From Negativicutes bacterium (GTDB taxonomy: Bacteria; Bacillota; Negativicutes; UBA1444), in NCBI GenBank assembly GCA_963665275.2, contig CAXXIN010000017.1:127213-191212 (forward strand): DNA of 64,000 nt, given 5' to 3'. Positions 41,580 to 51,509 of this stretch are shown piece after piece. Numbering within the stretch: the first letter of the stretch is position 1; each line of letters begins with the position of its first letter. The position numbers were made by a program, and so were the translations under genes. The notes beneath the pieces were generated by a model. It had not been told where the DNA came from, did not search any database, and saw only the letters and a list, made by a program, of their open reading frames with translations.

Positions 41580-44500
41580 TTATCGGAAATATCGAACCCC
41601 AGCTTCAAAAATCTTCTGATCTTTCTCCCCGGGAACGTTGACTGCGACATACCGCCCCATACGTTCCGAGTGCCCCATTTTGCCAAAAATCCGCCCGTCT
41701 GGGCTGGTGATTCCCTCGATGGCCCAGTCAGAGCCATTAGGATTCGCTAGGATCTCCATCGACGGATTCCCTTCGGCGTTCACATATTGGGTTGCAATCT
41801 GTCCATTGGCGGCCAAACGAGCGAGATGGTCACGGCTGGCAACCAGTCGCCCTTCACCATGAGATACGGCAATAGTGTGCACATCACCCGGCTGAACCAA
41901 TCCGAGCCAAGGCGAAAGTCCTGACACAACTCTAGTTTCTGCCATCCTCGATATATGACGACCAATCCTGTTGAAAGTCAGAGTGGGACTATCCGCAGCA
42001 AGAGAGCGGATCTCGCCATATGGCAGGAGTCCTAATTTAATCAGAGCCTGAAAGCCATTACAAATGCCAAGCATCAATCCATCGCGTTCCTTCAGGAGTC
42101 GCATAATCGCAGCGGTCAGTCTCGGATTGTGAAAAAAGGCCGCGATGAATTTTCCAGATCCGTCCGGTTCATCGCCTGCACTGAAACCGCCTGGCAGCAT
42201 AAGAATCTGCGAACGATCGATCGCTTTTTCCATCGCAACTACAGATTCTTCAATATCGCGAGCCGACAAATTTTTAATGACAAGAATTTCCGGTGTCCCT
42301 CCGGCCGCTTCGAAAGCCCGGGCCGAATCATATTCGCAATTTGTTCCCGGAAATACGGGGATGACAATCCTGGGCCGCGCTACCGACGTCTTCGGTTTTC
42401 CCTGGACGACCGATCCCTTGAATGGTTTGAACGCGATCGTCTCATTCCCCTGCTCCGATTTGGTTGGAAATACTTTTTCAAGGGGTGTTTCCCACGCACT
42501 GCGTGCAGTATCAAGCGAAATCGAAGTTCCCATGACGGAGATAGACGGCATCCGACTTGTACAACCAAGTAAAACGAAATCCACATCAGCCAGTGCGACT
42601 GCCGTATTCTCGCCGGGCGCCAATTCTACGACAATCGACCCATGATCGGGCCGGAATAATTGTTCCCGCGAAATATCCGGCAGAAATTCAAAGCCAATAT
42701 GGTTGCCGAAAGCCATTGTACTGACGGCAGCGGCAACCCCGCCCAAGTGGACAGTCTTTGCCGAAAGAATGCGCTTGGCGGCAATCAGTTCGGCAATTCT
42801 GCCAAAAGCCTTGTTAACTGCCCCAAAGTCTGGCATGCCGCAAGAATCTCGGAGTAACGGAATCAATAACACCTGATTCCCGGAGTTTTTAAACTCCGGA
42901 GAAATTACGGTACTGGCATCAACAGGTGCAACCGCAAAAGAGACAAGTGTCGGCGGCACATTCAGATCCTTAAAGGAGCCTGACATGCTGTCTTTGCCGC
43001 CAATGGCGGCGACGCCCAACTGCAGCTGGGCCCAAAAAGCTCCGAGCAAAGCGCTGAACGGTTTTCCCCAGCGAATTTCATCATTGCCAAGCTTCTCAAA
43101 ATATTCTTGTAAAGTCAGACGAACTCTAGACGGATCTCCTCCCATAGCAACAATTTTAGCAACCGACTCCGTAACTGCGTAGACCGCGCCATGGAACGGG
43201 CTCCACTCTGATAGATAGGGATTATACCCATATGTCATCAATGTGCCGGTAACAGTTTCACCAGAAAGAACTGGAATCTTCGAGGCCATTCCTTCCGGCG
43301 GAGTAGCTTGGAATCGTCCGCCGAACGGCATCAGAATAGTAGATGCGCCGATCGTGCTGTCAAAACGTTCGATCAGTCCGCGCTGACTACAGACATTGAG
43401 GTCGGAGAGATTCATCAGCCACTCGGCTTCAATATTGCCGTCAGGCGCAGGTCGCTCGAAATAATAGCCCGTTTCGTCCGGCGCTTTGACGCAAACAGTG
43501 GCATGTTGCCGCACTCCATTCGTGTCCAGAAAATCGCGGCTGATATCCACAATTGATTTTCCGCGCCAACGCAGCCTCAGCCGTCGAGTGTCTGAAACCA
43601 CTGCTACAAGCGTGGCTTCAACATTTTCCTCTGCGGCAAGTTCAATAAATCGCTGCGCATCGGCTGAAGCAACCACGACCGCCATCCGTTCCTGAGACTC
43701 GGAAATCGCCAGTTCAGTTCCATCCAAGCCTTCATATTTTCTAGGAACTGCGTCCAAGTCAATGTCAAGCCCGGCCGCCAATTCGCCGATCGCCACCGAC
43801 ACGCCGCCCGCGCCAAAATCATTGCATTTTTTGATTAAATGGCTGACTTCCGGCTTACGAAACAAGCGCTGGATTTTTCGCTCCGTCGGCGGGTTTCCCT
43901 TTTGGACTTCTGCTCCGCAAGACGCGAGCGATTCCTCCGTATGCTCCTTCGATGACCCCGTCGCCCCGCCACATCCATCGCGACCAGTCCTGCCACCGAC
44001 GAGGATCACTGCATCGCCCGACTCCAAGCTCTTGCGCACAACATTGCTCCGAGGTGCAGCGGCGATAACGGCGCCGATCTCCATGCGTTTTGCCACAAAG
44101 CCCGGATGATATACTTCCGCGACCTGCCCGGTCGCCAGTCCGATCTGATTGCCGTATGAACTGTAACCAGCCGCTGCGCCTGTGGTAATTTTCCGCTGAG
44201 GCAGTTTCCCCGGCAAGGTATCTTCAAGTTTTTGGCGTGGATCAGCGCTTCCGGTGACACGCATCGCCTGATAGACATAGGATCTGCCGGACAATGGGTC
44301 ACGAATCGCTCCGCCCAGACAGGTCGCAGCGCCGCCGAAAGGCTCAATCTCGGTCGGGTGATTATGCGTCTCATTTTTGAACATCACCAGCCATTCTTCC
44401 TGGCGGCCGTCAACGATCGCATTGACCACGATACTGCAAGCGTTGTTTTCTTCCGATTCATCGAGATCGTCCAGGCGACCGGCTTTTTTCAGTTCCTTCA

Positions 44501-45344
44501 TCCCAATGGTCGCAACATCCATCAGGCACATTTCCCGTGGTTCTGCTCCGTAAAGTTTCCGGCGCGATTCCTGATAAGCGTGGTAGGCGGCAGTGATCGG
44601 CGCGGCGAACCTTCCCCCGTCGATCTCAACCTGGTCCACAGCAGTCAAAAAGGTAGTGTGTCTGCAGTGATCAGACCAATAGGTATCAATTACCCGGATT
44701 TCAGTAACTGTAGGCTCACGCTTTTCCGTGTCGCGAAAATAAGTCTGGCAGAATTCCAGATCGGCCTCACTCATAGCCAGTCCCATCTCCGCCACCAATG
44801 CTTTCAGCCCGTCTTTGCCCAAAGAACCAAAGCCTTTGAGTACAGACACATCCGGCGGCACGGGAGCACTCATTTCGAGTGTATCCGGCTTTGTAAGCAA
44901 GGCCTCTCTTGCTTCAACAGGATTGATGCAGTAAGCTTTCACAGCTTCAAACTGACCCTCGGAGATATCTCCATAGAGTACGATCAGTTTTGCCGATGCA
45001 ACCTGTGGACGTTCCTTCTGCGTGACGACCTGAATACATTGTGCGGCCCAGTCGGCTCGCTGATCGTATTGCCCCGGGAGGTACTCCATCGCAAATACTC
45101 GGGCTTCCGGTCCCAGGTCGATGGTTTCATCAAAAATTTGGTCCGCCGGAGGCTCGGCGAATACTGTCTCTCTCGCCAATGCATACTCCATATCATCCAG
45201 ACCCGCCACATCATACCGATTGATAAGACGCAACCGGGCGAGTCCCTGCAACCCTACGTTTTCCTTTAGGTCCAGCAGCAAACCGTGGGCTTCTACATCA
45301 AAGCCCTGCTTTTTTTCCACATAAATTCGTCTCACCTGTGCCAT
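41580..45344 (-). CDS. purL: Phosphoribosylformylglycinamidine synthase (fused large form)
   Basis: WSDHCRH, ETHNHPT, DFGAGG, SESQERM, GICNGFQ, MGHSER. Confidence 0.95.
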   Translation of the reverse strand: MAQVRRIYVEKKQGFDVEAHGLLLDLKENVGLQGLARLRLINRYDVAGLDDMEYALARETVFAEPPADQIFDETIDLGPEARVFAMEYLPGQYDQRADWAAQCIQVVTQKERPQVASAKLIVLYGDISEGQFEAVKAYCINPVEAREALLTKPDTLEMSAPVPPDVSVLKGFGSLGKDGLKALVAEMGLAMSEADLEFCQTYFRDTEKREPTVTEIRVIDTYWSDHCRHTTFLTAVDQVEIDGGRFAAPITAAYHAYQESRRKLYGAEPREMCLMDVATIGMKELKKAGRLDDLDESEENNACSIVVNAIVDGRQEEWLVMFKNETHNHPTEIEPFGGAATCLGGAIRDPLSGRSYVYQAMRVTGSADPRQKLEDTLPGKLPQRKITTGAAAGYSSYGNQIGLATGQVAEVYHPGFVAKRMEIGAVIAAAPRSNVVRKSLESGDAVILVGGRTGRDGCGGATGSSKEHTEESLASCGAEVQKGNPPTERKIQRLFRKPEVSHLIKKCNDFGAGGVSVAIGELAAGLDIDLDAVPRKYEGLDGTELAISESQERMAVVVASADAQRFIELAAEENVEATLVAVVSDTRRLRLRWRGKSIVDISRDFLDTNGVRQHATVCVKAPDETGYYFERPAPDGNIEAEWLMNLSDLNVCSQRGLIERFDSTIGASTILMPFGGRFQATPPEGMASKIPVLSGETVTGTLMTYGYNPYLSEWSPFHGAVYAVTESVAKIVAMGGDPSRVRLTLQEYFEKLGNDEIRWGKPFSALLGAFWAQLQLGVAAIGGKDSMSGSFKDLNVPPTLVSFAVAPVDASTVISPEFKNSGNQVLLIPLLRDSCGMPDFGAVNKAFGRIAELIAAKRILSAKTVHLGGVAAAVSTMAFGNHIGFEFLPDISREQLFRPDHGSIVVELAPGENTAVALADVDFVLLGCTSRMPSISVMGTSISLDTARSAWETPLEKVFPTKSEQGNETIAFKPFKGSVVQGKPKTSVARPRIVIPVFPGTNCEYDSARAFEAAGGTPEILVIKNLSARDIEESVVAMEKAIDRSQILMLPGGFSAGDEPDGSGKFIAAFFHNPRLTAAIMRLLKERDGLMLGICNGFQALIKLGLLPYGEIRSLAADSPTLTFNRIGRHISRMAETRVVSGLSPWLGLVQPGDVHTIAVSHGEGRLVASRDHLARLAANGQIATQYVNAEGNPSMEILANPNGSDWAIEGITSPDGRIFGKMGHSERMGRYVAVNVPGEKDQKIFEAGVRYFR

Positions 45345-45746
45345 GGGATACCACCTCTCAAATTACTGCTACCAACTCTCAAATTTAAGTCTGTCGGGGC
45401 GCGATAATGCATCAAAATTCTACATGAAAATATTTTTTGTGCAAAATTGGTTAATTTTAGGAAGCAACTGGATGTTCACAGTAACATTCTATCATTGTAA
45501 ACCCCTCGTTTCCAGCAAGATTTCTAAATTCACAAGGATAGATTTGAATAGTGGAGACGCAAGGGGGGCTAATGAGCTAAAATCAACTTTTACTGATTGG
45601 TCGAATCCATTTCCATGCAAATTGATTAGCAGGATAATTGGGGCATTCACCGAAATTTGTTTTAATTGCCAAAAACAGAATCAGTGCGAACGAGAGCTGA
45701 ACGCTTCGTAAAAATGGATTGAAATATGAAGTGGGGGGTGTTTGGA

Positions 45747-48407
45747 ATGTGGTTTTCCCAATCAATAGAAAGCGTGTTGCAAGCCCAATCCGTCAATCCG
45801 GCAACCGGCCTGAGCGAGGAAGAAGTTCGTTTACGATTGGAACAGTATGGCAAAAACGAATTAAAAGGAAAGCCGAAAAAAAGTCTGCTGACGCTTTTTC
45901 TGGCCCAACTGCAAGACATGCTGATTTACGTACTGCTCGGTGCGGCTGCCATTACCGTGTTTATCGGCGAATATGTCGACTCGGTAATCATCCTGTGCGT
46001 GGTCGTGCTTAACGCAGTCATCGGCGTCGCGCAGGAATACAAAGCCGAAAAGGCGATGGAAGCCCTGCAGAAGATGACCTCGCCCAAATCGTTGCTGCGC
46101 CGTGGCGGCGAGGTCAAAGAAGCAAATTCCGCCGAAATCGTCCCCGGAGATATCGTGCTGCTCGAAGCGGGTCGCACCATTCCAGCAGATTTGCGCCTGA
46201 TCGAAAGCGCCAATCTGCAAATTGAAGAATCAGCCTTAACCGGCGAATCGGTCCCGTCGGATAAGAATGCAAAATCCTTGTTTGATGCCCCCAAAGTGGC
46301 AATCGGCGACCAATCAAACATGGCTTTCATGTCCACATTGGTCACTTACGGCCGGGGCGAAGGCGTGGTCATCGCTACGGCGATGGATACGGAAATTGGG
46401 CGCATCGCCAAAATCTTGGATGAAGAACTTGAAGAAATGACCCCGCTGCAAAAACGTCTGGAAGAGTTGGGGAAAACGCTGGGTTTCATCGCCATAGGCA
46501 TCTGCCTACTGATTTTCCTGCTGGCACTGTGGCAAAAACGCGATATGTTCGAAATGTTTCTGACCTCAATCAGTTTGGCGGTTGCGGCGATCCCCGAAGG
46601 TCTGGCAGCCATCGTGGCCATTGTACTGGCACTCGGCGTCACCAAAATGTCCCACAACAACGCGATCATCAAGAAATTGCCGGCGGTCGAAACGCTGGGG
46701 TCTGTCAACATTATCTGTTCCGATAAAACCGGCACCCTGACCCAGAATAAAATGACGGTGGTCAAAAGCTATTTGCTCGGATCACTGCGGACTATTCCGA
46801 CGGAAGAAGCGCACTTGGTTGCTGCCGCTGACGAAGTGGAATTGGTCAAATCTTTCGTCCTCTGTTCAGATGCTACGTACGAAAATGGTCAAGGCACCGG
46901 CGATCCCACGGAAATCGCGCTGGTCGCCTGGGGCGACAAATACGGCCTGGTTAAGTCTAGTTTAAGCGGCGAACACCCTCGCATCGACGAAAAACCGTTT
47001 GATTCAGATCGGAAACTGATGTCTACACTAAACCAGGAAGGCTCGGCCTTCCGGGTCCATACTAAAGGCGCCCTGGACCAATTGCTAAAAATCACAACCC
47101 ATGCCCTTGTTGACGGGAAAGTCACGCCGCTAACTCCGGAGATGAAAGCAACCTACCTGCAAGTCGCTGAAGAAATGTCCGATGCCGCGCTGCGGGTTCT
47201 AGGAGTTGCGTTCAAAGATGTCCTCCAGGCAATCGGACCGGCGGATATGGAACAAAAGTTGACGCTACTCGGCCTGGTGGGCATGATTGACCCGCCGCGT
47301 CTAGAAGTCCGCGATGCGATTCAGACAGCCAAAATGGCTGGCATTACCCCGATTATGATTACCGGCGACCACAAAAATACAGCCGTGGCCATCGCCAAAG
47401 AACTGGGCATTGCCGCCTCCATCGACGAAAGCTTGACTGGCGATGAAATCGATGCGTTATCCGATGAGGAATTCGCCCGCCAGATCAATCGCTACCGGGT
47501 GTTTGCCCGGGTATCGCCGGAACACAAGGTGAAAATCGTCAAAGCGTTCAAAGCGCATGGCAATATTGTGTCGATGACCGGCGACGGAGTGAATGATGCC
47601 CCTTCGCTGAAATACGCCGATATCGGCGTAGCCATGGGAATCACCGGCACCGATGTCTCCAAGGGCGCCAGCGACATGATCCTGACCGACGATAATTTCG
47701 CCACCATTGTTCACGCCATCGAAGAAGGGCGCAACATTTATAACAACATCAAAAAATCGGTCGTCTTTCTGCTCTCCTGTAACTTGGGGGAAGTTATCGC
47801 GATTTTTGCCTCGATCCTGTTCTTCTGGCCGGTGCCGCTGATCCCGACCCAAATTCTCTGGATCAACTTGGTTACGGATACCCTGCCGGCAATCGCCCTC
47901 GGCATCGACCCTGGTGACAAAGACGTGATGAAAGCCAAACCCCGCAATCCCCGGGAAAGCTTTTTCGCTGGCGGTGCAGGGCTTCAGGCTTTGATCGGAG
48001 GCTCATTGATCGGACTGCTCACCTTGGCGGCGTTTTATTTCGGTTTATACGAGCATGGCTACAGCATGGGCTCCCATGAAATTCCCGAGACGGTCCTCAC
48101 TTATGCCCGCACCATGGCCTTCGTGGTACTGGCGGCCTCCCAGCTGTTCTATTCGCTGGCGATGCGCAGCCCCACCAAATCCATCATTCAGGTCGGCCTG
48201 TTTACGAACAAACCTTTGATTGGCGCGATTCTGGCCGGATTATTCCTGCAGCTCATCGTTATTTCGGTTCCATTTTTGGCCAGCGCCTTCAAAGTGCATA
48301 ATCTAAGCGCCCTTGATTGGGGAATTGTCTTTGGTTTCGCACTGGTGCCGCTCATTGTGAACGAACTGATTAAAACCTGGTTACGCCAACAGAAGCCTCG
48401 CGACTAA
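45747..48407 (+). CDS. Calcium-translocating P-type ATPase (type IIA)
   Basis: [32 protein letters not shown]. Confidence 0.92.
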   Translation: MWFSQSIESVLQAQSVNPATGLSEEEVRLRLEQYGKNELKGKPKKSLLTLFLAQLQDMLIYVLLGAAAITVFIGEYVDSVIILCVVVLNAVIGVAQEYKAEKAMEALQKMTSPKSLLRRGGEVKEANSAEIVPGDIVLLEAGRTIPADLRLIESANLQIEESALTGESVPSDKNAKSLFDAPKVAIGDQSNMAFMSTLVTYGRGEGVVIATAMDTEIGRIAKILDEELEEMTPLQKRLEELGKTLGFIAIGICLLIFLLALWQKRDMFEMFLTSISLAVAAIPEGLAAIVAIVLALGVTKMSHNNAIIKKLPAVETLGSVNIICSDKTGTLTQNKMTVVKSYLLGSLRTIPTEEAHLVAAADEVELVKSFVLCSDATYENGQGTGDPTEIALVAWGDKYGLVKSSLSGEHPRIDEKPFDSDRKLMSTLNQEGSAFRVHTKGALDQLLKITTHALVDGKVTPLTPEMKATYLQVAEEMSDAALRVLGVAFKDVLQAIGPADMEQKLTLLGLVGMIDPPRLEVRDAIQTAKMAGITPIMITGDHKNTAVAIAKELGIAASIDESLTGDEIDALSDEEFARQINRYRVFARVSPEHKVKIVKAFKAHGNIVSMTGDGVNDAPSLKYADIGVAMGITGTDVSKGASDMILTDDNFATIVHAIEEGRNIYNNIKKSVVFLLSCNLGEVIAIFASILFFWPVPLIPTQILWINLVTDTLPAIALGIDPGDKDVMKAKPRNPRESFFAGGAGLQALIGGSLIGLLTLAAFYFGLYEHGYSMGSHEIPETVLTYARTMAFVVLAASQLFYSLAMRSPTKSIIQVGLFTNKPLIGAILAGLFLQLIVISVPFLASAFKVHNLSALDWGIVFGFALVPLIVNELIKTWLRQQKPRD

Positions 48408-48532
48408 TCCAGGAATTGCTTCAACGCCAGAGGGTTTCCCGTCATCTTTGCGCCCTTTTCGTCAGCCAAGAGTTCCCGTGAACTCGATATCTGCATTTGA
48501 ATCAGCATCGCGGCCATCGGCGCCAGAATGAT
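48404..48532 (-). pseudogene. htpX: HtpX metalloprotease internal fragment
   Basis: [37 protein letters not shown] resembles the HtpX ILAPIAAMLIQMAISRSREYLAD...GNPLALA segment. Confidence 0.65.
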
Positions 48533-48631
48533 GCAATTTTCCGAGAAACTTCAGATTTCCCCTTTTGCAAAAAGATTGCCCGAATGCATAAAAAAAGAGT
48601 TCCACGAAATCGTGAAACCCCTTGATTACTG

Positions 48632-48676
48632 TGGTGGAGGTAGTCGGGATCGAACCGGCGACCTCTTGAATGCCAT
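48632..48676 (-). repeat. tRNA-Ala(GGC) 3' fragment (att copy 2)
   Basis: Minus strand ATGGCATTCAAGAGGTCGCCGGTTCGATCCCGACTACCTCCACCA: anticodon loop, T-arm and CCA, no 5' half; identical to 51194-51238. Confidence 0.9.
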
Positions 48677-49017
48677 AGATATCTGGGGGTTTTTAGGCCA
48701 AAATCCGGCAGTCCAACAGGCAAAGAAAAAACCAGAGTCGTGAGTTTGTCCCGGCGGTTTATTTCTATCTTCTACCTACTGACGCATTTTAAAAAGTGCT
48801 GATATTTGTGACGGCAGATTTTTACCTTACCAAGATTTGATGGACAACCAGAATGCTTTCTACTATCATTCACAACAATATTCTCAATCAATACAAAATA
48901 CATATCAACATCAAACTCTTCTATCGCTTCAGCCACTGACAAAATGTGCATAAACTGCTTCGCTGTGCGCCAAACCCTGATTTTTCGACTGCAAAAATCG
49001 GAGTTTTCAGTAGCTTC

Positions 49018-50700
49018 CTAGCGGGTAAGTTTTCTGAACTTCAGTCGATGCGGCTGATCGGCTTCTTTGCCAAGACGTTTTTTGCGGTCGGCTTCGTAGT
49101 CCGAATAGTTACCCTCAAAGAAGGTTACGACGGAGTCACCCTCAAAAGCCATGATGTGACTCGCGATGCGATCAAGGAACCAGCGGTCGTGGCTGATGAC
49201 CAACACGCAACCGGCAAAGTTCTCCAGTGCGTCTTCCAGGGCGCGCATGGTGTTCACGTCCAGGTCGTTGGTGGGTTCGTCAAGGAGGATTACGTTGGCC
49301 CCAGCTTTCAGCATCTTGGCCAGATGAACGCGGTTGCGTTCACCGCCGGATAGCACGTCCACTTTCTTTTGCTGGTCCTGTCCCATGATGTTGAAGCGCG
49401 CGCAGTAAGCCCGAGCATTAATCTCGCGAGTGCCCAGTTTGATAATGTCCTGGCCGTCACTGATCACTTCGTAGACGGTTTTGTCGGGCTCAAGGGAGTC
49501 GCGGTTCTGGTCCACGTAAGCCAAACTAACCGTTTCGCCGATTTTCAGGGTACCACTGTCGGGCTTTTCCTGTCCGGTGATCATCTTGAAGAGAGTGGTT
49601 TTACCGGCTCCGTTTGGGCCAATGATACCGACGATGGCTCCAGCCGGAATCATGAAGCTCATGTTTTCCACGAGCACCTTGTCGCCCATGGCTTTGCTGA
49701 CATTTTCGGCTTCAATGACGATCTTACCCAAGCGCGGTCCCGGTGGAATGTATATTTCCAAATCCTTACCCAAGCGTTCAGACTCATGTGAAAGCATGGT
49801 TTCATAAGCGTTGATCCTGGCTTTGCTCTTGGCGTGGCGTCCTTTGGGAGCCATGCGGATCCACTCGAGTTCGCGGGCCAAGGTCTTCTGACGTTCGGTT
49901 TCGCTTTTTTCTTCGTTGGCCAGACGTTGTTGCTTTTGTTCCAGCCAGGAAGAGTAGTTCCCCTTCCAGGGAATGCCGCGACCGCGATCAAGTTCAAGAA
50001 TCCAGCCAGCCACGTTGTCAAGGAAGTAGCGGTCGTGGGTTACGGCAATTACAGTACCGGGGAAAGTGTTTAAAAAACGTTCCAACCAGGATACCGATTC
50101 AGCGTCCAGGTGGTTGGTTGGTTCGTCCAGAAGCAGGATGTCCGGGTTTTTCAGCAGCAGGCGGCACAAGGCCACACGGCGGCGTTCACCGCCCGAAATC
50201 ACCGAAACCGATGAGTCGGGCGGAGGGCAGCGCAAGGCGTCCATGGCCATTTCAAGCTTGGAGTCCAGCTCCCAGACGCCCTTACTGTCCATAAGTTCCT
50301 GCACTTCACCCTGGCGGGTGATAAGCGCGTCCATTTCGTCCGGTTCCATGGGCTCGGAAAATTTGGCGTTGATGGCTTCGTACTCATCACGAATCTGAAC
50401 CAGTTCTGTTAAGCCTTCTTCCACCACCTCGCGCACGGTGCGGGTTTCATCCAGCAACGGCTCCTGAGGGAGGTAACCGATGGTGTAGCCGGGGGCGATA
50501 ACGGTCTTACCGTCAAAATTCTGATCTTCTCCGGCCAGTATTTTGAGGAGCGAACTTTTGCCGGATCCGTTTAGACCTTGAACACCGATTTTTGCTCCGT
50601 AAAAGTAAGAGAGCGAAATATCCTTGAGGACTTCTTTCTGCCCGTGTTTTTTAGATACACGGATCATGGAATAAATTATTTTGTCAATTTCCTGACTCAT
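49018..50700 (-). CDS. ettA: Energy-dependent translational throttle protein (ABC-F)
   Basis: LKDISLSYFYGAKIG, two ABC domains, GRGIPWKGNYSSWLEQK, ELEWIR, IPPGPRLG. Confidence 0.93.
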   Translation of the reverse strand: MSQEIDKIIYSMIRVSKKHGQKEVLKDISLSYFYGAKIGVQGLNGSGKSSLLKILAGEDQNFDGKTVIAPGYTIGYLPQEPLLDETRTVREVVEEGLTELVQIRDEYEAINAKFSEPMEPDEMDALITRQGEVQELMDSKGVWELDSKLEMAMDALRCPPPDSSVSVISGGERRRVALCRLLLKNPDILLLDEPTNHLDAESVSWLERFLNTFPGTVIAVTHDRYFLDNVAGWILELDRGRGIPWKGNYSSWLEQKQQRLANEEKSETERQKTLARELEWIRMAPKGRHAKSKARINAYETMLSHESERLGKDLEIYIPPGPRLGKIVIEAENVSKAMGDKVLVENMSFMIPAGAIVGIIGPNGAGKTTLFKMITGQEKPDSGTLKIGETVSLAYVDQNRDSLEPDKTVYEVISDGQDIIKLGTREINARAYCARFNIMGQDQQKKVDVLSGGERNRVHLAKMLKAGANVILLDEPTNDLDVNTMRALEDALENFAGCVLVISHDRWFLDRIASHIMAFEGDSVVTFFEGNYSDYEADRKKRLGKEADQPHRLKFRKLTR

Positions 50701-51149
50701 TTACTCACCTCTTAAAAATTTTTAGTAAAAGCAATAATCAGATGCAAATATCAGCTCTAGTGAATGACATTGTATCATTTCGTTGTATTGTGCTACTATC
50801 TTTGTGACAAAATAAATTTATTTAAAACAAATATTCGTTCAAGATTAATGGCTTATAAAATTGGAGATCTTCTTCTTTGATGAAGTCATGCGTTGCCCGA
50901 ACAGAGCTTTCAGAAATATTTATCAGCGTTTCATAATCATTTCTAGACGGTTGAGTATTTTTTGTACTGTCAACGCCAATGTGATTTTGTCCGCACCCCT
51001 TTTTTTTGCATTTTATCATTGGCGTTGACAGAAAAATGGATTCTGCAGCCGGTCCAGTGTACCCCAACAAAGTAAGCATCCATCCCCGTTCACTTTGGTG
51101 GGCGGGGACGATTATTTTTCTGTAAGCATATTTTCAAGCATACAACATG

Positions 51150-51180
51150 AAAAAAGCTCCGAAGCGAAGTGCTTCGGAGC
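51150..51180 (-). terminator. Intrinsic terminator after the tRNA-Ala fragment
   Basis: GCTCCGAAGC-ACTTC-GCTTCGGAGC-TTTTTT on the minus strand. Confidence 0.8.
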
Positions 51181-51193
51181 CTTATAATTTACG

Positions 51194-51238
51194 TGGTGGA
51201 GGTAGTCGGGATCGAACCGGCGACCTCTTGAATGCCAT
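51194..51238 (-). repeat. tRNA-Ala(GGC) 3' fragment (att copy 3)
   Basis: Perfect direct repeat of 48632-48676. Confidence 0.9.
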
Positions 51239-51509
51239 CTGAGAAAAGATGAGCAGATGTTTGCTGACTTTTCAGCAACAGCAGGCACTTTCACGATTTA
51301 GGGCTAGATGCTTTCAGATGATTATTGAACTCACTTTTAGAAAGTTTTTTAGAAGGGTTTTGCGCACTTTCACATCATCACGTATCTGAAAATTTGTATC
51401 CGGTCCGGATAGCGCCGCCACTTAATCTATTTGTATGATGAAAAGAAAAATCGCAATAACTTCCTAACTTCATTATAATAAATATGAATTTTCGTCAAAA
51501 AATCACGTG

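Noticed and set aside
44232-45269. 345-aa plus-strand ORF, and similar antisense ORFs (16031-16759, 20783-21538, 14802-15350)
   Set aside because: They are antisense shadows of well-supported genes and show no recognisable motifs
48632-48676. Functional tRNA-Ala gene
   Set aside because: No acceptor 5' strand or D-arm upstream in any copy; fragment only
48502-48723. Short ORFs sharing WHSRGRRFDPDYLHH (also 51112-51294)
   Set aside because: This is a translation of the repeated tRNA-Ala fragment, not a protein family
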